A stretch of 64,000 bases of DNA, filler included, from Asterionella formosa (lineage: Eukaryota), in NCBI GenBank assembly GCA_002256025.1. It is 5 parts of 5 records of this genome, joined end to end, with 100 filler letters (N's around TTAATTAATTAA, not from the genome) between each part and the next. Parts side by side here need not be neighbours in the genome. Positions count along the whole stretch, not along the records: positions 1 to 29,097 come from NKIB01001090.1; positions 29,198 to 58,292 come from NKIB01001097.1; 3 more parts are not named here. One strand, given 5' to 3'. A model generated the notes under the pieces. That model searched no databases, was not told the origin of the DNA, and saw only the letters and a program-made list of their open reading frames with translations. Shown here in pieces: positions 22,400-34,081 of the stretch. The translations under genes were made by a program, and so were the position numbers. The first letter of the stretch is position 1, and each line of letters opens with the position of its first letter.

Positions 22400-22700
22400 T
22401 ACCAGGTACGAAGTGCTACATATGCTGACAAGCAAATACCTATCAGTCACTGTTCGTCCGCCGGTACATCGAAACAAGAACAAATACATACCAGGTAAAA
22501 TGAAATAATAACCTGATCCTCCGGGTGCCAGGTACCAGGTAGACAACCAACAAGTACGCACACTTAGGGGAGAGAGTACCAGGTACCAGGTACCAGTACT
22601 CCCAGCACTGTGCTTGGTTCTTTTCTTTTGTTGGTAGGAGTACCAGACGATACTATGACTGTGGAGTAGGAGTACCTGTACATTCTATCCTGGTACCTAC
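22400..22700. repeat. GGTACC microrepeat cluster upstream of mL46
   Basis: ccaggtaccaggta, gtaccaggtaccaggtaccagtac and ctggtacc. Confidence 0.75.
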
Positions 22701-24463
22701 AGGACGCGCTCAAAGAATAAAAAACAAATATTATATGATGAGTAAAAACTAAAACACAAATTATTTTGGTGATTCGATAATAATAACATTATTGCGCTCT
22801 GATAAACGAGATATTTTAGATTACTTATCTGACATCAAATATAAATTCAACTTTAATTTGTAACAGTTGTAATTTCATAGCGATGCATCCTCTTGTGTGC
22901 GATGCTGCCTTTTGTACACTGTATACATGAGTTCCATTATTTCATCAGTGTCAGTCACTGACAATGTCAGCTTATCTCTCATCTCCTGATGATGACAATG
23001 CTGACATGAGGCAACAAACACTTAAAACAAGCTGTGGCACTACAGAACAAAGTACTGGGAGGTTCATAGTGGGAGACAATCATGCACAACAAGATTTATT
23101 ACACATGACAAGATCTTGTGGAGTTATCCAAGCAAGTACTTTAGACAAGCCGAAGTACACTAGTATTGTCATGGCAGAAAGACGGTTCAGGACAGCCATT
23201 ATGCAGGACATGACACCAGGAACTTTTTCGGACATGACTACTGGGTAGCTAGTGGACACCATGAATGTACCTACATGGCGCCATTGGGGAATCCAACTAC
23301 AAGGAGGGAAAGTATGGAGAAGCCATGACACACTTGCAAAAAGCATATACCACAGCCAAGGAGCAAGGACAAGAAGCTCATGGGGGCCTGTCAGGCACAA
23401 ATATGCAATCCAAGTGACACAGCAAGATACTTTCAGGAGGCAATTGTTGACAATATCATGTAGCAATGATATTAAAGCTATCAAACAAATGTATAGAATA
23501 AAAAATGCACTCAGTTTCTTCATTTAACTTAATTATCAGCAACCAGTACAGCTATTGCTTGCACATGAATTGATAGTGTGACCACTCAGATTGTACTGCA
23601 GGTAGATTGTGAGCAAGAAGACATGATCACAACATAAATGGAAGCAGACAATTGATGAATATCTAATATACCTTTAGGATGATTGATGTGCATGCATATA
23701 TGCATACCGATAACTATTTTGGTGAGATCAAGCCATTTTCAGTATGAGCAAGCAAGTCTTGAAATATTATGGGAAATTATTTGTAGTCATTTATGCCAAG
23801 ACATCCACTTATATTATACACTGTTATTTACATCTGTAAAAAATTTGTGTTTGTGCTGACCAAATAAGGTAATTCTGGTTTGCACCTCTATGGGTACAAC
23901 AATTTGTGTTATAATACACATGATATAATATGTTTTCATATCAGAGCATGCCCATAGTGATAGCTGCAGCAAAGGGGCAGGCTTATGAATAATGGGTTAT
24001 GAGCAAAACGAAATGCATCCATGTCGCACAATGACGACAATCATGGATGAAGATAGTAAATAAAAACGTCAAGGAGTTTATGAATATATTCCCCATCGTA
24101 CCGGTACCAGATAGTCTACCGGTAGTTTGTAGCTATACATGCTTACAATATACCGGTAAGAAATAGGCTGACCATTTTCTCAAATTCATACTGGCATCAT
24201 CAAGATTCCTCCCCCATCTGTCTGCCTTGTTCCTTTGCTGTATCGAGCGACTTAAAATATTACCCCAGGTATTAATCCAGATATATCAGCATACCGGTAA
24301 TTAACAGCACAAACAGAATTCACCTTACCACATTCAGTCTACTTCTAACAGCTTTCGTGAAAATAAGCAGATGTGCCCAACACTTCAATTTCAATACAAT
24401 TTCCTTTTTTATACGAATAGGCTTAGCTTCTCCACCATGTTTCGAGATTCCCCGTCAACGGCA

Positions 24464-27400
24464 CTAGTCAATATAATGTGTTTCACTCATGTCAGAATCT
24501 TCTCCACTAGCTTCTTCAATCGTAGAAGAACGGCCAATAGATGACCCAGAACGATTACTGCTGTTGGAAGATCGAGTAGAGCGCTGCGTCACGGACACCT
24601 TACAACGTTTTTCTGGTGAGGGATATAGATCTTCATCATCATCAGGAGATAAGCGAAGACCGTCTTCTTCGGGAAGCGGCGACAAGGATGACTGGGTCAT
24701 CGACGGGCGTGATGACCGTACACTGCCCATAGATGACCCACGGGAACGGTGACTACGAATCTTTGACGATGTTGGGCTTGGTCCGGTGCTTCCACTACCT
24801 ACACTTCTTTCGTCCCCAGAATCCAAACCGACGGAATTCTCGCTAGCAGCAATACTGCGAGGGGACGATAATTTTGGATCGGATGTTGGAAATCCCAACG
24901 CTCTGCGAAACTGTTCAATGGCGACGAGGTCGTCATGAAGGACTTCCGAAAATTCAGGATCACAACGAAGGTCGTCCTCTCGTGTATCCAAGTCTTCGAG
25001 AAGTGCAGCTCGCTGCTCATTATTTCGTCGGATCCACGTGGCGTACTTGCACAAAAGCAACAGGAATGTGAGACGACCACCAGGCATGAGAGGGTCCTCG
25101 CCAGGAATATCAGTCGAGAAAGCGTAACGAACGCCCTCGCGAACGAAACCTAATATGGGGTTCTTCAATTTAGCATCACTCAGTTTCCCAACGCCTAACG
25201 ACTGGGATAGTCGAGAGGCTTGTTGCTCCATCAGCTGGAAAGCGTCATTGTGCTTGCGTTCCGCGTCATCAAACGCTGCCATCTCCTCGTCAGTCGGTCG
25301 ATCACTTTCAGGCTCCTCGGGTTCCGTGTTGAGCCACTCTTCAAAGGACGTACGTAAACATGCCATCTGAGTCTCGAGCAATCTTACAGAGTCGATTTTC
25401 TTTGCAACGCGAGCCATTGCAGCAACAATTTTGGAGGCCTCTGGGCCACTTCCAGTGATGTGGGCTAGAGCGTACCCAGCCTCTCGACGATTTCCACATT
25501 TCCAGTTGGTACCGAGGCTTCGGGCAAACGGCAGGAGCATCTGTCGGACACGATCCACATCTTCAAGGCCCCCTTCAGTCTCAGCGAGTCTAAGGTGTTC
25601 CTCCATGGATCGAAAATATCGGACAAATCCAGCTGCAAGCTGTTGGTCATCAGTCAAGGCCATTGCACGAAGCGACGGGGATGTAGCATCTGCCCATTCT
25701 CGTGGGAACAAGGCTCGAAGATCGGACATGACTTGAGCAGCCGTAGACTGCACATGGTCGGAGAAGGCGATGTGCTCATTACTATACTTGTCCTCAAGTT
25801 CCACTCCTTCGTTAAGAGGCAGAAACTGCTCAAAGCACAATGAAACCAAAGCAACAATCTTGTCCCTTTGTAAGACCACAGGCAAATCGTCAATATCTTC
25901 GTCACTCTCGTCGTCGTCTTGATGCAAAATGGCCTTGCGACTCCAAAGTGTGACTGCAAGAAGAAAGTCCAAACCCTCTGTAATCTGCTTTGCAACCACC
26001 AAGTGGATTCCTTTGGGACTATCCTTCCATATCTCAGGCACAGCGAACGTTGGTATTGCTTCTTCGTCTGAGGTAATGACTTGACGATTCTTGAGACGAT
26101 TGGAGATTGCCTCTACAATCTTGTTGCAGAGTGCTCCGATGGACAAAGAATCTTCTATCTTTAGAAGATCCACGAAGCACATCCGTTTAGAGAGGATGCG
26201 AAGGCGCTTCAGACAGAGAAATATTGAGTATTCGATGTCTTGCTCAGCACTCTGTTCTCCTTTGTCATGTACATGCTCCTTGTCAGAACTGGCCAGTGAT
26301 CTCTGATCAGCACGGGAGGGTTGCCCTTGACCCTTTGACGACCGTGCAACTTTCTTCTTCTTTTTTCGCTTATTCGCTATTTGAAGTTTTCCCTCGTCAC
26401 TCATTGAAGTACTGAGATCCAAAAGCTCGACAAGTCTGTTTGACAAACTAGATGCTAAGCTCTGAAGTTGCAAATGAACATCTTTGGATCGAACATGATC
26501 TCCCTGCGCCAAAAATTTAAGGGATTGAGCAATGTTTGAAATGACTTCCTCGTTGGAAGATTCCAAGAAAGTTTCAGTCATGTTCTTGACCACGGCGATG
26601 AAATCAGTCTTTCGCTGTGGAAGGCTGAAGATGGCTGGTACTGTTGAGGTAAAGGCAAAGTCAGTAGACATCAGTTGCATGTAATAGTGCAGGGAAAAAC
26701 CACGTACACAAATATCGGGGAAGGATGCTTAGACTTCCAAGAATGGAAGGATCCGTCTTGAAACGACTCATCAAACCTGGAAGAGCTTGGAGCAACGCAA
26801 CACTTAGAATCTCGTGAGCCATGCCTGATGATTGCTTTGGTTTCTTCTTTTTAGTGCCGGACTCCAAAGGAGGGATTGCCTTCATTTTGAGTATTTGGAC
26901 TAGGTCGTCATCAAGATCACCATATAAGAAATCAGCTTCAGCGACAGATCCTACCTCAGCATGTGCTGCACAAGCCAGCATTTGCACAAGCACACGTTGC
27001 TTCGCAACCTCAATGCGGTTTCCGTCGCCCTCTGAAGCCACTGCCCCATCATCGCCAATCGCTCGAATGATTGCAGACCAGTTGGTGATAACGTCTCGGT
27101 GTTCAGGCATCGCGCGTAGAGATTCAACGACATGATCAACAAGTTCAATTCGAATTTTGTCGAGGGGAATTTCTCCGTTGGTGAGAGAATGTGCGATCCT
27201 AAGAAAGAAGAGAAATAAAAGGTAAGCTGTGACGTTGGGAGCATTTACGAGGGCACGTTGGGTACGAAGACTCACCACGCCGCGAGGCTGTCCAACTTTT
27301 GGACAATAAGTATCTCGGTAGATTGCACCAACGACGCGTGTGTGTCCTTTGACCACTTTTTATCCTGACTTTGTTCTTGTTCGTCCCATGCTTCCAGCTG

Positions 27401-29097
27401 TTCGATGACAAAGTAAAGGGCATCACGGCGAACAATAGCAGATGTATCGGAGGCTAGAGACCGAACATTGATTTGGCTCCAAGCCCGATCGTCTTCCATT
27501 TCGTCCATGAAACCCCTCCTGGCGAGAATGAGAAGTAGAGCCATTGCTTGCTCTTGGACTTTGACATTGACGTCAATGACACAGTCAACAAGGCGAAGTA
27601 AGAACTTTGAGATAACATTTTGCATTCTTTCAACATCCAATGAAACAACTCGATTGCGAGAAGTACCATTGGTTCGCTCGACTAGTGCCTTGAATGGAGC
27701 TGCCAATCCAGCGATGGCAGACTGACGGACACAAGCACACTTGTCGCTGAGCATCCATCCAAAATATTTGAGATACTTATCTCCAAGAAAGATATCAGGG
27801 CGCATCAAAGTCATTTTGGAAAGTGATTCGAGTGCGAACGCGCGAATATGCATGTTGGAATCACGGTATCGATGCATGAAGACACCTTGCATAATATTAC
27901 CAATTACCAACTCCTCTAAATCTTCTTTAGTGCGTTTGAGCGAGTCGATTTGAATTCCAAGTGCTTCGGCCTTACGGTGTCCACTCTTACCGGCCTTAGT
28001 GGCGTTGAACTGTCGGGTGGCGACTTCCAGCTTTGCCTTGATTTCAGCACTGCGATTCAAGACAGCCAACCCCATCTGCATCGCTGCAATCATGGCAGCT
28101 GCGCGCACATCGGGCTGCCCAACAGTGACCAGCTCGCTGACCCGCAGAATTAAATCTCTAAGTATCTCCGTATCAAAACGGTTTGTAGTGATGAACGATT
28201 CGTCCTTGGTCTCTGTATCACCTTCATCCTTGCTGTCTCCACTTCGTGTGTAGCCCTCAGATAATGCCACAGTCCCGAGAACAAACCAGAATTCTTCGTA
28301 GACCTTGCGATACTCACGTGCGCCACTAGCTGAGACCGAGAGAGGAATGTCGACATCCCCAAGCTTACCATCGATGGCGGCAGCATGGACAGCACCGTCG
28401 GGATCGGCACATAGTAAGACTCGATCCGCAGGAGTGTAGCGCATATCATCAACCAGATCAGTGACAATTTGGCCCCATTGTTCACTGTCCATGTCTTCAA
28501 GAATCTTATCGTCATCAAGAATTGTTTCTGTGGTACCCCCAACCGAGCGAAAGAGAAGATTCAAGAGAGCAACTTGAGTCCTGCTTGTATCATCCTTGTG
28601 TCCCTCGACAACCTTGCGAGCTACTCGCTCCAATTGGGCAGTATACATTGTGCGGTTGTCGTCCGCTGAATGGGTTCGCTTCTCAGAGTTTTCGGTCTTG
28701 TAAGTGTACAATAGGGAAGCAACCAAAGAATTATCAGTCGTTTCTCCTGGTTCTAAGACTTTCTTAGCGAGTGCTGCAAGAGCATTCTGCGATCCTCGTT
28801 TTGAGTTTGCCGAAGACACTTTGCTGATGGGCGCCTTGGGGCTCTTGGATTTAGCTTCTCCAATCCTGACCTGGACCTTTTTGGAGCTCGGCTTTCTGGT
28901 CTTCACGGGTGTCTTTTTCTTGGGGATCTTATTTTTGGATTTTGGGTGGACTGTATCCTCTTCGTCGTCGTCGTCCGACTTTCCACCTTCTTTGTTTTCC
29001 TCATGGTCTTCTTGAGGTTCTCCGTCGACAGATTCAGAGTCCGACGTCATTTCGCCGTCGTCCTCCTCCGGTTCTGATTCTTCTTCGTCAATAATTA
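24464..29097 (-). CDS. SCC3: Cohesin subunit STAG/Scc3 (SA), probably 5'-truncated at the contig end; introns 27199-27275 and 26641-26707
   Basis: Hallmark VFMHRYRDSNMHIR..FLGDKYLKYFGWMLSDK. The GTGAGT..TAG and GTACGT..CAG introns join three ORFs in frame, and the frame stays open to the N spacer. Confidence 0.9.
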
Positions 29098-29197
29098 NNN
29101 NNNNNNNNNNNNNNNNNNNNNNNNNNNNNNNNNNNNNNNNNTTAATTAATTAANNNNNNNNNNNNNNNNNNNNNNNNNNNNNNNNNNNNNNNNNNNN
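29098..29197. other. Artificial contig-joining spacer
   Basis: N44-TTAATTAATTAA-N44; the 12-mer gives stops in all six frames. Confidence 0.95.
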
Positions 29198-29198
29198 C

Positions 29199-30218
29199 CT
29201 CGTTGCTCTGGCAAGATCTAACTTAATCATCCAAGACGAAACATCGTTGAAACTTTTGTACAAGGGAAAGCAACTTGAGGGTCCTATCCCTGTCTTTTCT
29301 TTTCCGCCACACAAGACACCCAAGATTTTGGTACTAGCCACACAAAACACGGCAGTATCGGATCTCAACTCGAAACGATCGGATCCAACCATTCGTGGAT
29401 TTGACAACGAGCGGAAGAAAACACAAAACAAGAATCGAATTTGGGGTGAACAAGCAAGTCAAGATAAGGTCTACAAATTTGGTCGAATGGAGGCGTGCAC
29501 TTGGCACTCGTTTGGACACCGACCGACGGAATCAACTCCACATGCATTTAGTGCCATGGAATTGCTAGAAAAAATAGCCACTGATCCTGGTGTTGTAGCA
29601 ATCATGAAGGAACGAGAGCTTTTTGTGAATACATTGGGAGAGATGGATCCCATTGATGATCGACTCATGCTAAAGAAACAGACTCAAGGTTCGTGTTTGT
29701 TGGGCTACAACACAAATCATGGATTAAGGATTGATATCAAGCTGCGAACAGATGATTTGAAGGAGTTTAGACCATACCCGCAGCTGGTATCGACCTTAAT
29801 TCATGAATTGTCCCACAATTGGGTGGGTGAGCACAATCAACTTTTCTGGAGCAACCACGGCCAAATGAGAGTGGAATATTTTCATCGACATTCTGTCTTG
29901 GCCGCCTCAGGGTACATTGTGAATGGTAAGACCACTGCACAAATAGCGCAAGTGCCCTGCATGAAAATTGAGGAAATATTTGAGCGAGTCATGAACGAGC
30001 TTCAACAGGAAATGGCCCAGCATGGTCTTCACCCAAGCATGATTGCAGCACCAATTCGAGATCGATGTCAAGAATTAAAATGCCTTGAATCACCAGGTAA
30101 TACACTAGGCGGTGGTTTAGGTATTAATACTTATGGTATAGGTACAGCGCGAGACTTGGCATTGGCAGCGGCTGAGCGACGAGCTAGGCAACAGGATCAG
30201 AAGGATGGAAAGGGATAA
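29199..30218 (+). CDS. WLM (Wss1-like) zinc metalloprotease with a ubiquitin-like N-terminus, 5'-truncated
   Basis: KLLYKGK (UBL-like), LLGYNTNHG..IKLRTDD and STLIHELSHNWVGEH (HExxH). Frame open to the spacer. Confidence 0.85.
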   Translation, partial: LVALARSNLIIQDETSLKLLYKGKQLEGPIPVFSFPPHKTPKILVLATQNTAVSDLNSKRSDPTIRGFDNERKKTQNKNRIWGEQASQDKVYKFGRMEACTWHSFGHRPTESTPHAFSAMELLEKIATDPGVVAIMKERELFVNTLGEMDPIDDRLMLKKQTQGSCLLGYNTNHGLRIDIKLRTDDLKEFRPYPQLVSTLIHELSHNWVGEHNQLFWSNHGQMRVEYFHRHSVLAASGYIVNGKTTAQIAQVPCMKIEEIFERVMNELQQEMAQHGLHPSMIAAPIRDRCQELKCLESPGNTLGGGLGINTYGIGTARDLALAAAERRARQQDQKDGKG

Positions 30219-30832
30219 TGACTACCCGGTAAAATTTGTAACCCTCTTGCCAAAGCAAAGTAGTAGTAAAAATTACTTCGTTTATGTTAGAAATATACCA
30301 GACTTAAAAGTGAATATGGGCAAATCGGCATGGTTAAGTTTTTGCCATGGTTTCAGTTGCCAGTAGTACAATCCACCATTTCCGTTGACAATGGTGGATG
30401 TAAACCCAGGCAAATGGAAAGGGGTTCATCAAACTATCAGGAAGGGAAAACTATTCTTGCTTGTTTGAATTTCTCACAAAACAAAGGCAATACCAGCAAC
30501 AGATTATTCCTTCAGCATCCTTATAAAATGTAGCTGATGTATTAGCTGAATGGTTACGCCTGAGTGTTCTTTGGCTGGTTTTTGGTTGTTAGTGAACATT
30601 AAAAAATATGTTTATTTGAAAATTATGGCGAAAAAGTATCAAAACTGCTAATGCATACCCTTCTACAACATTATGTATGAATGAGAGCAGGCTGGACTGG
30701 AGTGCATTAGATTTGTTCCACTTGGCTACTACCATTTTTTTAAACCTTTTTGTTGCAACAGAGAAAAATCATTGACAAAACAATTGGAAGCCACAATCTG
30801 TGCAACAGATTGAGCGGCATTGCCAGCTGGCA

Positions 30833-31334
30833 NNNNNNNNNNNNNNNNNNNNNNNNNNNNNNNNNNNNNNNNNNNNNNNNNNNNNNNNNNNNNNNNNNNN
30901 NNNNNNNNNNNNNNNNNNNNNNNNNNNNNNNNNNNNNNNNNNNNNNNNNNNNNNNNNNNNNNNNNNNNNNNNNNNNNNNNNNNNNNNNNNNNNNNNNNNN
31001 NNNNNNNNNNNNNNNNNNNNNNNNNNNNNNNNNNNNNNNNNNNNNNNNNNNNNNNNNNNNNNNNNNNNNNNNNNNNNNNNNNNNNNNNNNNNNNNNNNNN
31101 NNNNNNNNNNNNNNNNNNNNNNNNNNNNNNNNNNNNNNNNNNNNNNNNNNNNNNNNNNNNNNNNNNNNNNNNNNNNNNNNNNNNNNNNNNNNNNNNNNNN
31201 NNNNNNNNNNNNNNNNNNNNNNNNNNNNNNNNNNNNNNNNNNNNNNNNNNNNNNNNNNNNNNNNNNNNNNNNNNNNNNNNNNNNNNNNNNNNNNNNNNNN
31301 NNNNNNNNNNNNNNNNNNNNNNNNNNNNNNNNNN
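30833..31334. other. Assembly gap of about 500 N
   Basis: Run of N with no linker. Confidence 0.95.
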
Positions 31335-31443
31335 TGTGATAAATTTAATTCAATATTTTTATGCCGGTATGTGATAGATAATTTTCATACCGGGATGTCT
31401 CCTAAAATAACTTCTCCAACTCACTCCTGCTGGACAACGATGC

Positions 31444-32280
31444 TCACTTTGAGTTCATAATTTGTGCACGAAAATGCATAATTTTCGTACATACCAATGG
31501 TTTTGTCATGTAATCTGCAATCATTGCATTCATTGAACAGTACTCCATCATCTGTACTTTTTGCCTTCTTTCGATTAGATCAGTGAGGCAAAAATACCTA
31601 ATGTTGAAATGTTGGTGCATGCGTTTTCCTGAACTTGCTTTTCCATTCTCTTCTAGCTTCATTGAGCTAGTGTTGTCATGATAGGTCACATTTGTGGTCA
31701 CTTCATGTCCTTGCACTTCGATGAACAGTTTTGTCCACAACACCTTCGATATGATCTTGTTGACACTGACCAATTCCACTTCAGTCGAACTTCTTGTGTC
31801 AACTTTCTGTTTGGTAGACACAGAACAAATAATGCCTTTTCCAAGTGAAAAAATAGCTCCAGTGTGACTCTCATTATTCTTGTGGACTGCAAATGCCGCA
31901 TCAACATGCCACTTAATACTTGGGTGTTATTAGCACTCATAGATGCAACCTCATTTTGAGTTGCTTTCAAGAAATTCATAATCTTGATAAATTTTTCCCA
32001 ATTGCCTCTGTTAGGCTCAATACTTTGGGTTGCCAGAAACATGATTCCTGGCTGAATGTTCTGTCGTCCTCGCTGACAAAAAACATTCCTTTCATAACAT
32101 TCATAACAAAAGCATGGAAGATTTTTGCCTTACAATCACATTCGAATTTCTTCGATTTGGAATCGACAGTGAATAGTTTGTCTGTCCAAGGAAATTTTTC
32201 GACACCTTCAAGTCTATCTAGGAAATTGTCTTGTCTATCATTCATTTCATGTAGTAAGTCATATCCACTCTCAACACTCC
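31444..32280 (-). mobile_element. Degraded copia RT / RNase H fragment
   Basis: STKQKVDTRSSTEVELV, YHDNTSSMKLEENGKASSGKR and MIADYMTKPL; upstream frameshifted FPWTDKLF..FHAFVM. Confidence 0.85.
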
Positions 32281-32867
32281 TGGAAGAGATTAATCTAGTG
32301 TCATAGCCAAATAATCATGCTTATTTCCACTCATGACCTTGACTTCACCAATTTCGTCAGAAGCGTATTTCTTTTTGAGCCATTCCAAAAATTGATCATT
32401 CACTTTGTTATCCACTTTGTCTGCAATTATAAAGCATCTTATTTGTGTGATTTATCTTATAATGACGATCATTTGATCATACAATTTCAATATATCATCT
32501 AATATGTATAATAATTATCATCAAAGAGAATATTTTAAAATATATATATACATCCATATATTTATGTATTGTTTGTCATCATACTACAACAATCAGCAGT
32601 CATTCAATCAATTGAAATTCATTACGTGATGAAACGTACGCAATGCCACGTTGTCGTACAAGCAACCTACCATTGGTATCTATTGCAGTGAAGGAGGGAC
32701 GAGAGAGATCGACAAGGTCGATGAACAAGGAGACGAGGGAGGAGGGGAGTCCGATAACTAACCTGACACGCTCAAAAGGAGATTGGAAGGTGTGTTTGTT
32801 AAAAGAGTGATTAGATTAAGTTGATATAGAAGAACGATAATTTATACTATATTGACATATCATGTAA

Positions 32868-33430
32868 AGAGGTGATTCATAACATCTATAGGTGATGAAG
32901 GGTATGCAATAACACATTCTTGTACAAACAACCTAGCATTGGTATCTACAGGTGATGGAGGGTACGCAATAACACGTTCTTGTACAAACAACCTACCAGG
33001 TACCATTGGTATTTTTAAGAGATGGAGGGTACGCAATAACACGTTCTTGTACAAACAAGAAGGTGACATTGGTTTCTATAGGTGATGGAGGGTACGCAAT
33101 ACCACGTTCTCGTACAAACAAGGTGAATTGGTATCTATAGTAGCTGATGGAGGGTATTAGAACACATTCTTGTATAAGCAAGGTGACATTGATATCTATA
33201 GGTGATGGAGGGTACCCAAGAACACGTTCTCATACAAACAAGGTGACATTGGTATCTATAGGTGATGGAGGGTACGCAAAAATATGGTCGCGTACAAACA
33301 AGGTGACATTGGTATCTATAGGTGATGGAGGGTATGCTAGCTAGAACATGTGGTTTTACAAAAAAGGTGACATCGGTATCTATAGGTGATGGAGGGTACC
33401 CCTGGTACGCAACAACACGGTCATGTAGAA
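32868..33430. repeat. 60-bp minisatellite, about 9 copies, plus a diverged copy near 32635-32698
   Basis: Unit aggtgacattggtatctataggtgatggagggtacgcaataacacgttcttgtacaaaca; units start at 33061, 33121, 33181, 33241 and 33301. Confidence 0.92.
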
Positions 33431-34057
33431 ACAGCCCACCATTAGTGCCTCTATTTACTAGCAATCATGCATCATTTAAGAGAGCCACAAAGTAATATCT
33501 GTAAATTTTGATGTCTATATCCTATTTGTTCGATAAATGCATATTTATCAAATGATGAAAGATGTCATTGATATTTAAAAAAAATGATCTACATTAAATT
33601 TAAGTAGTAGGATATATTGAAGTTAAAAATAGGATCAAAATCTAAATATTGTTATCAGTGATCTAATTTTATTGGCAATCTTTTGTAACCAGAAAATATG
33701 ATCTGCAATTCATAAAGTTCGATTTGTCTACTATTCTACAAGTGTGATCAAAGCATGTCTATCATATGATAAACTGTGTCAATGATATGAGAAAATGAAT
33801 CATTTAATTATTATATGATTTGTATCATATGAAAAATGTGGTATGACTCCCGCTTATTGAGGGGATTAATTAAATCACTGACTTCTTGTAGGTACAAGAA
33901 TTGATATGGAAAAAATTCAAAAACAGTGGATCAGGTGGTGGAAAACAATGATATCCTCATCATTGTATATATTTGAATTATGTAAATGCTTAACTGATGA
34001 TAGTATACACATGATGTGTGATAAAAAATGTGTCTTTGAACTATTGAAGTCTTCAAC

Positions 34058-34081
34058 TATATATATATATATATATATATA
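34058..34081. repeat. (TA)n microsatellite
   Basis: Run of about 12 TA dinucleotides. Confidence 0.9.

Noticed and set aside
29142..29153. TTAATTAATTAA as a biological motif (PacI or piggyBac site)
   Set aside because: It is always centred in exactly 44+44 N, so it is an assembly linker.
30750..31460. Long ORFs spanning N runs
   Set aside because: Artefacts of translating through gaps.
32868..33430. CRISPR-like repeat-spacer array
   Set aside because: The variable parts are homologous to one another rather than unique spacers, there are no cas genes, and the context is eukaryotic. It is a minisatellite.
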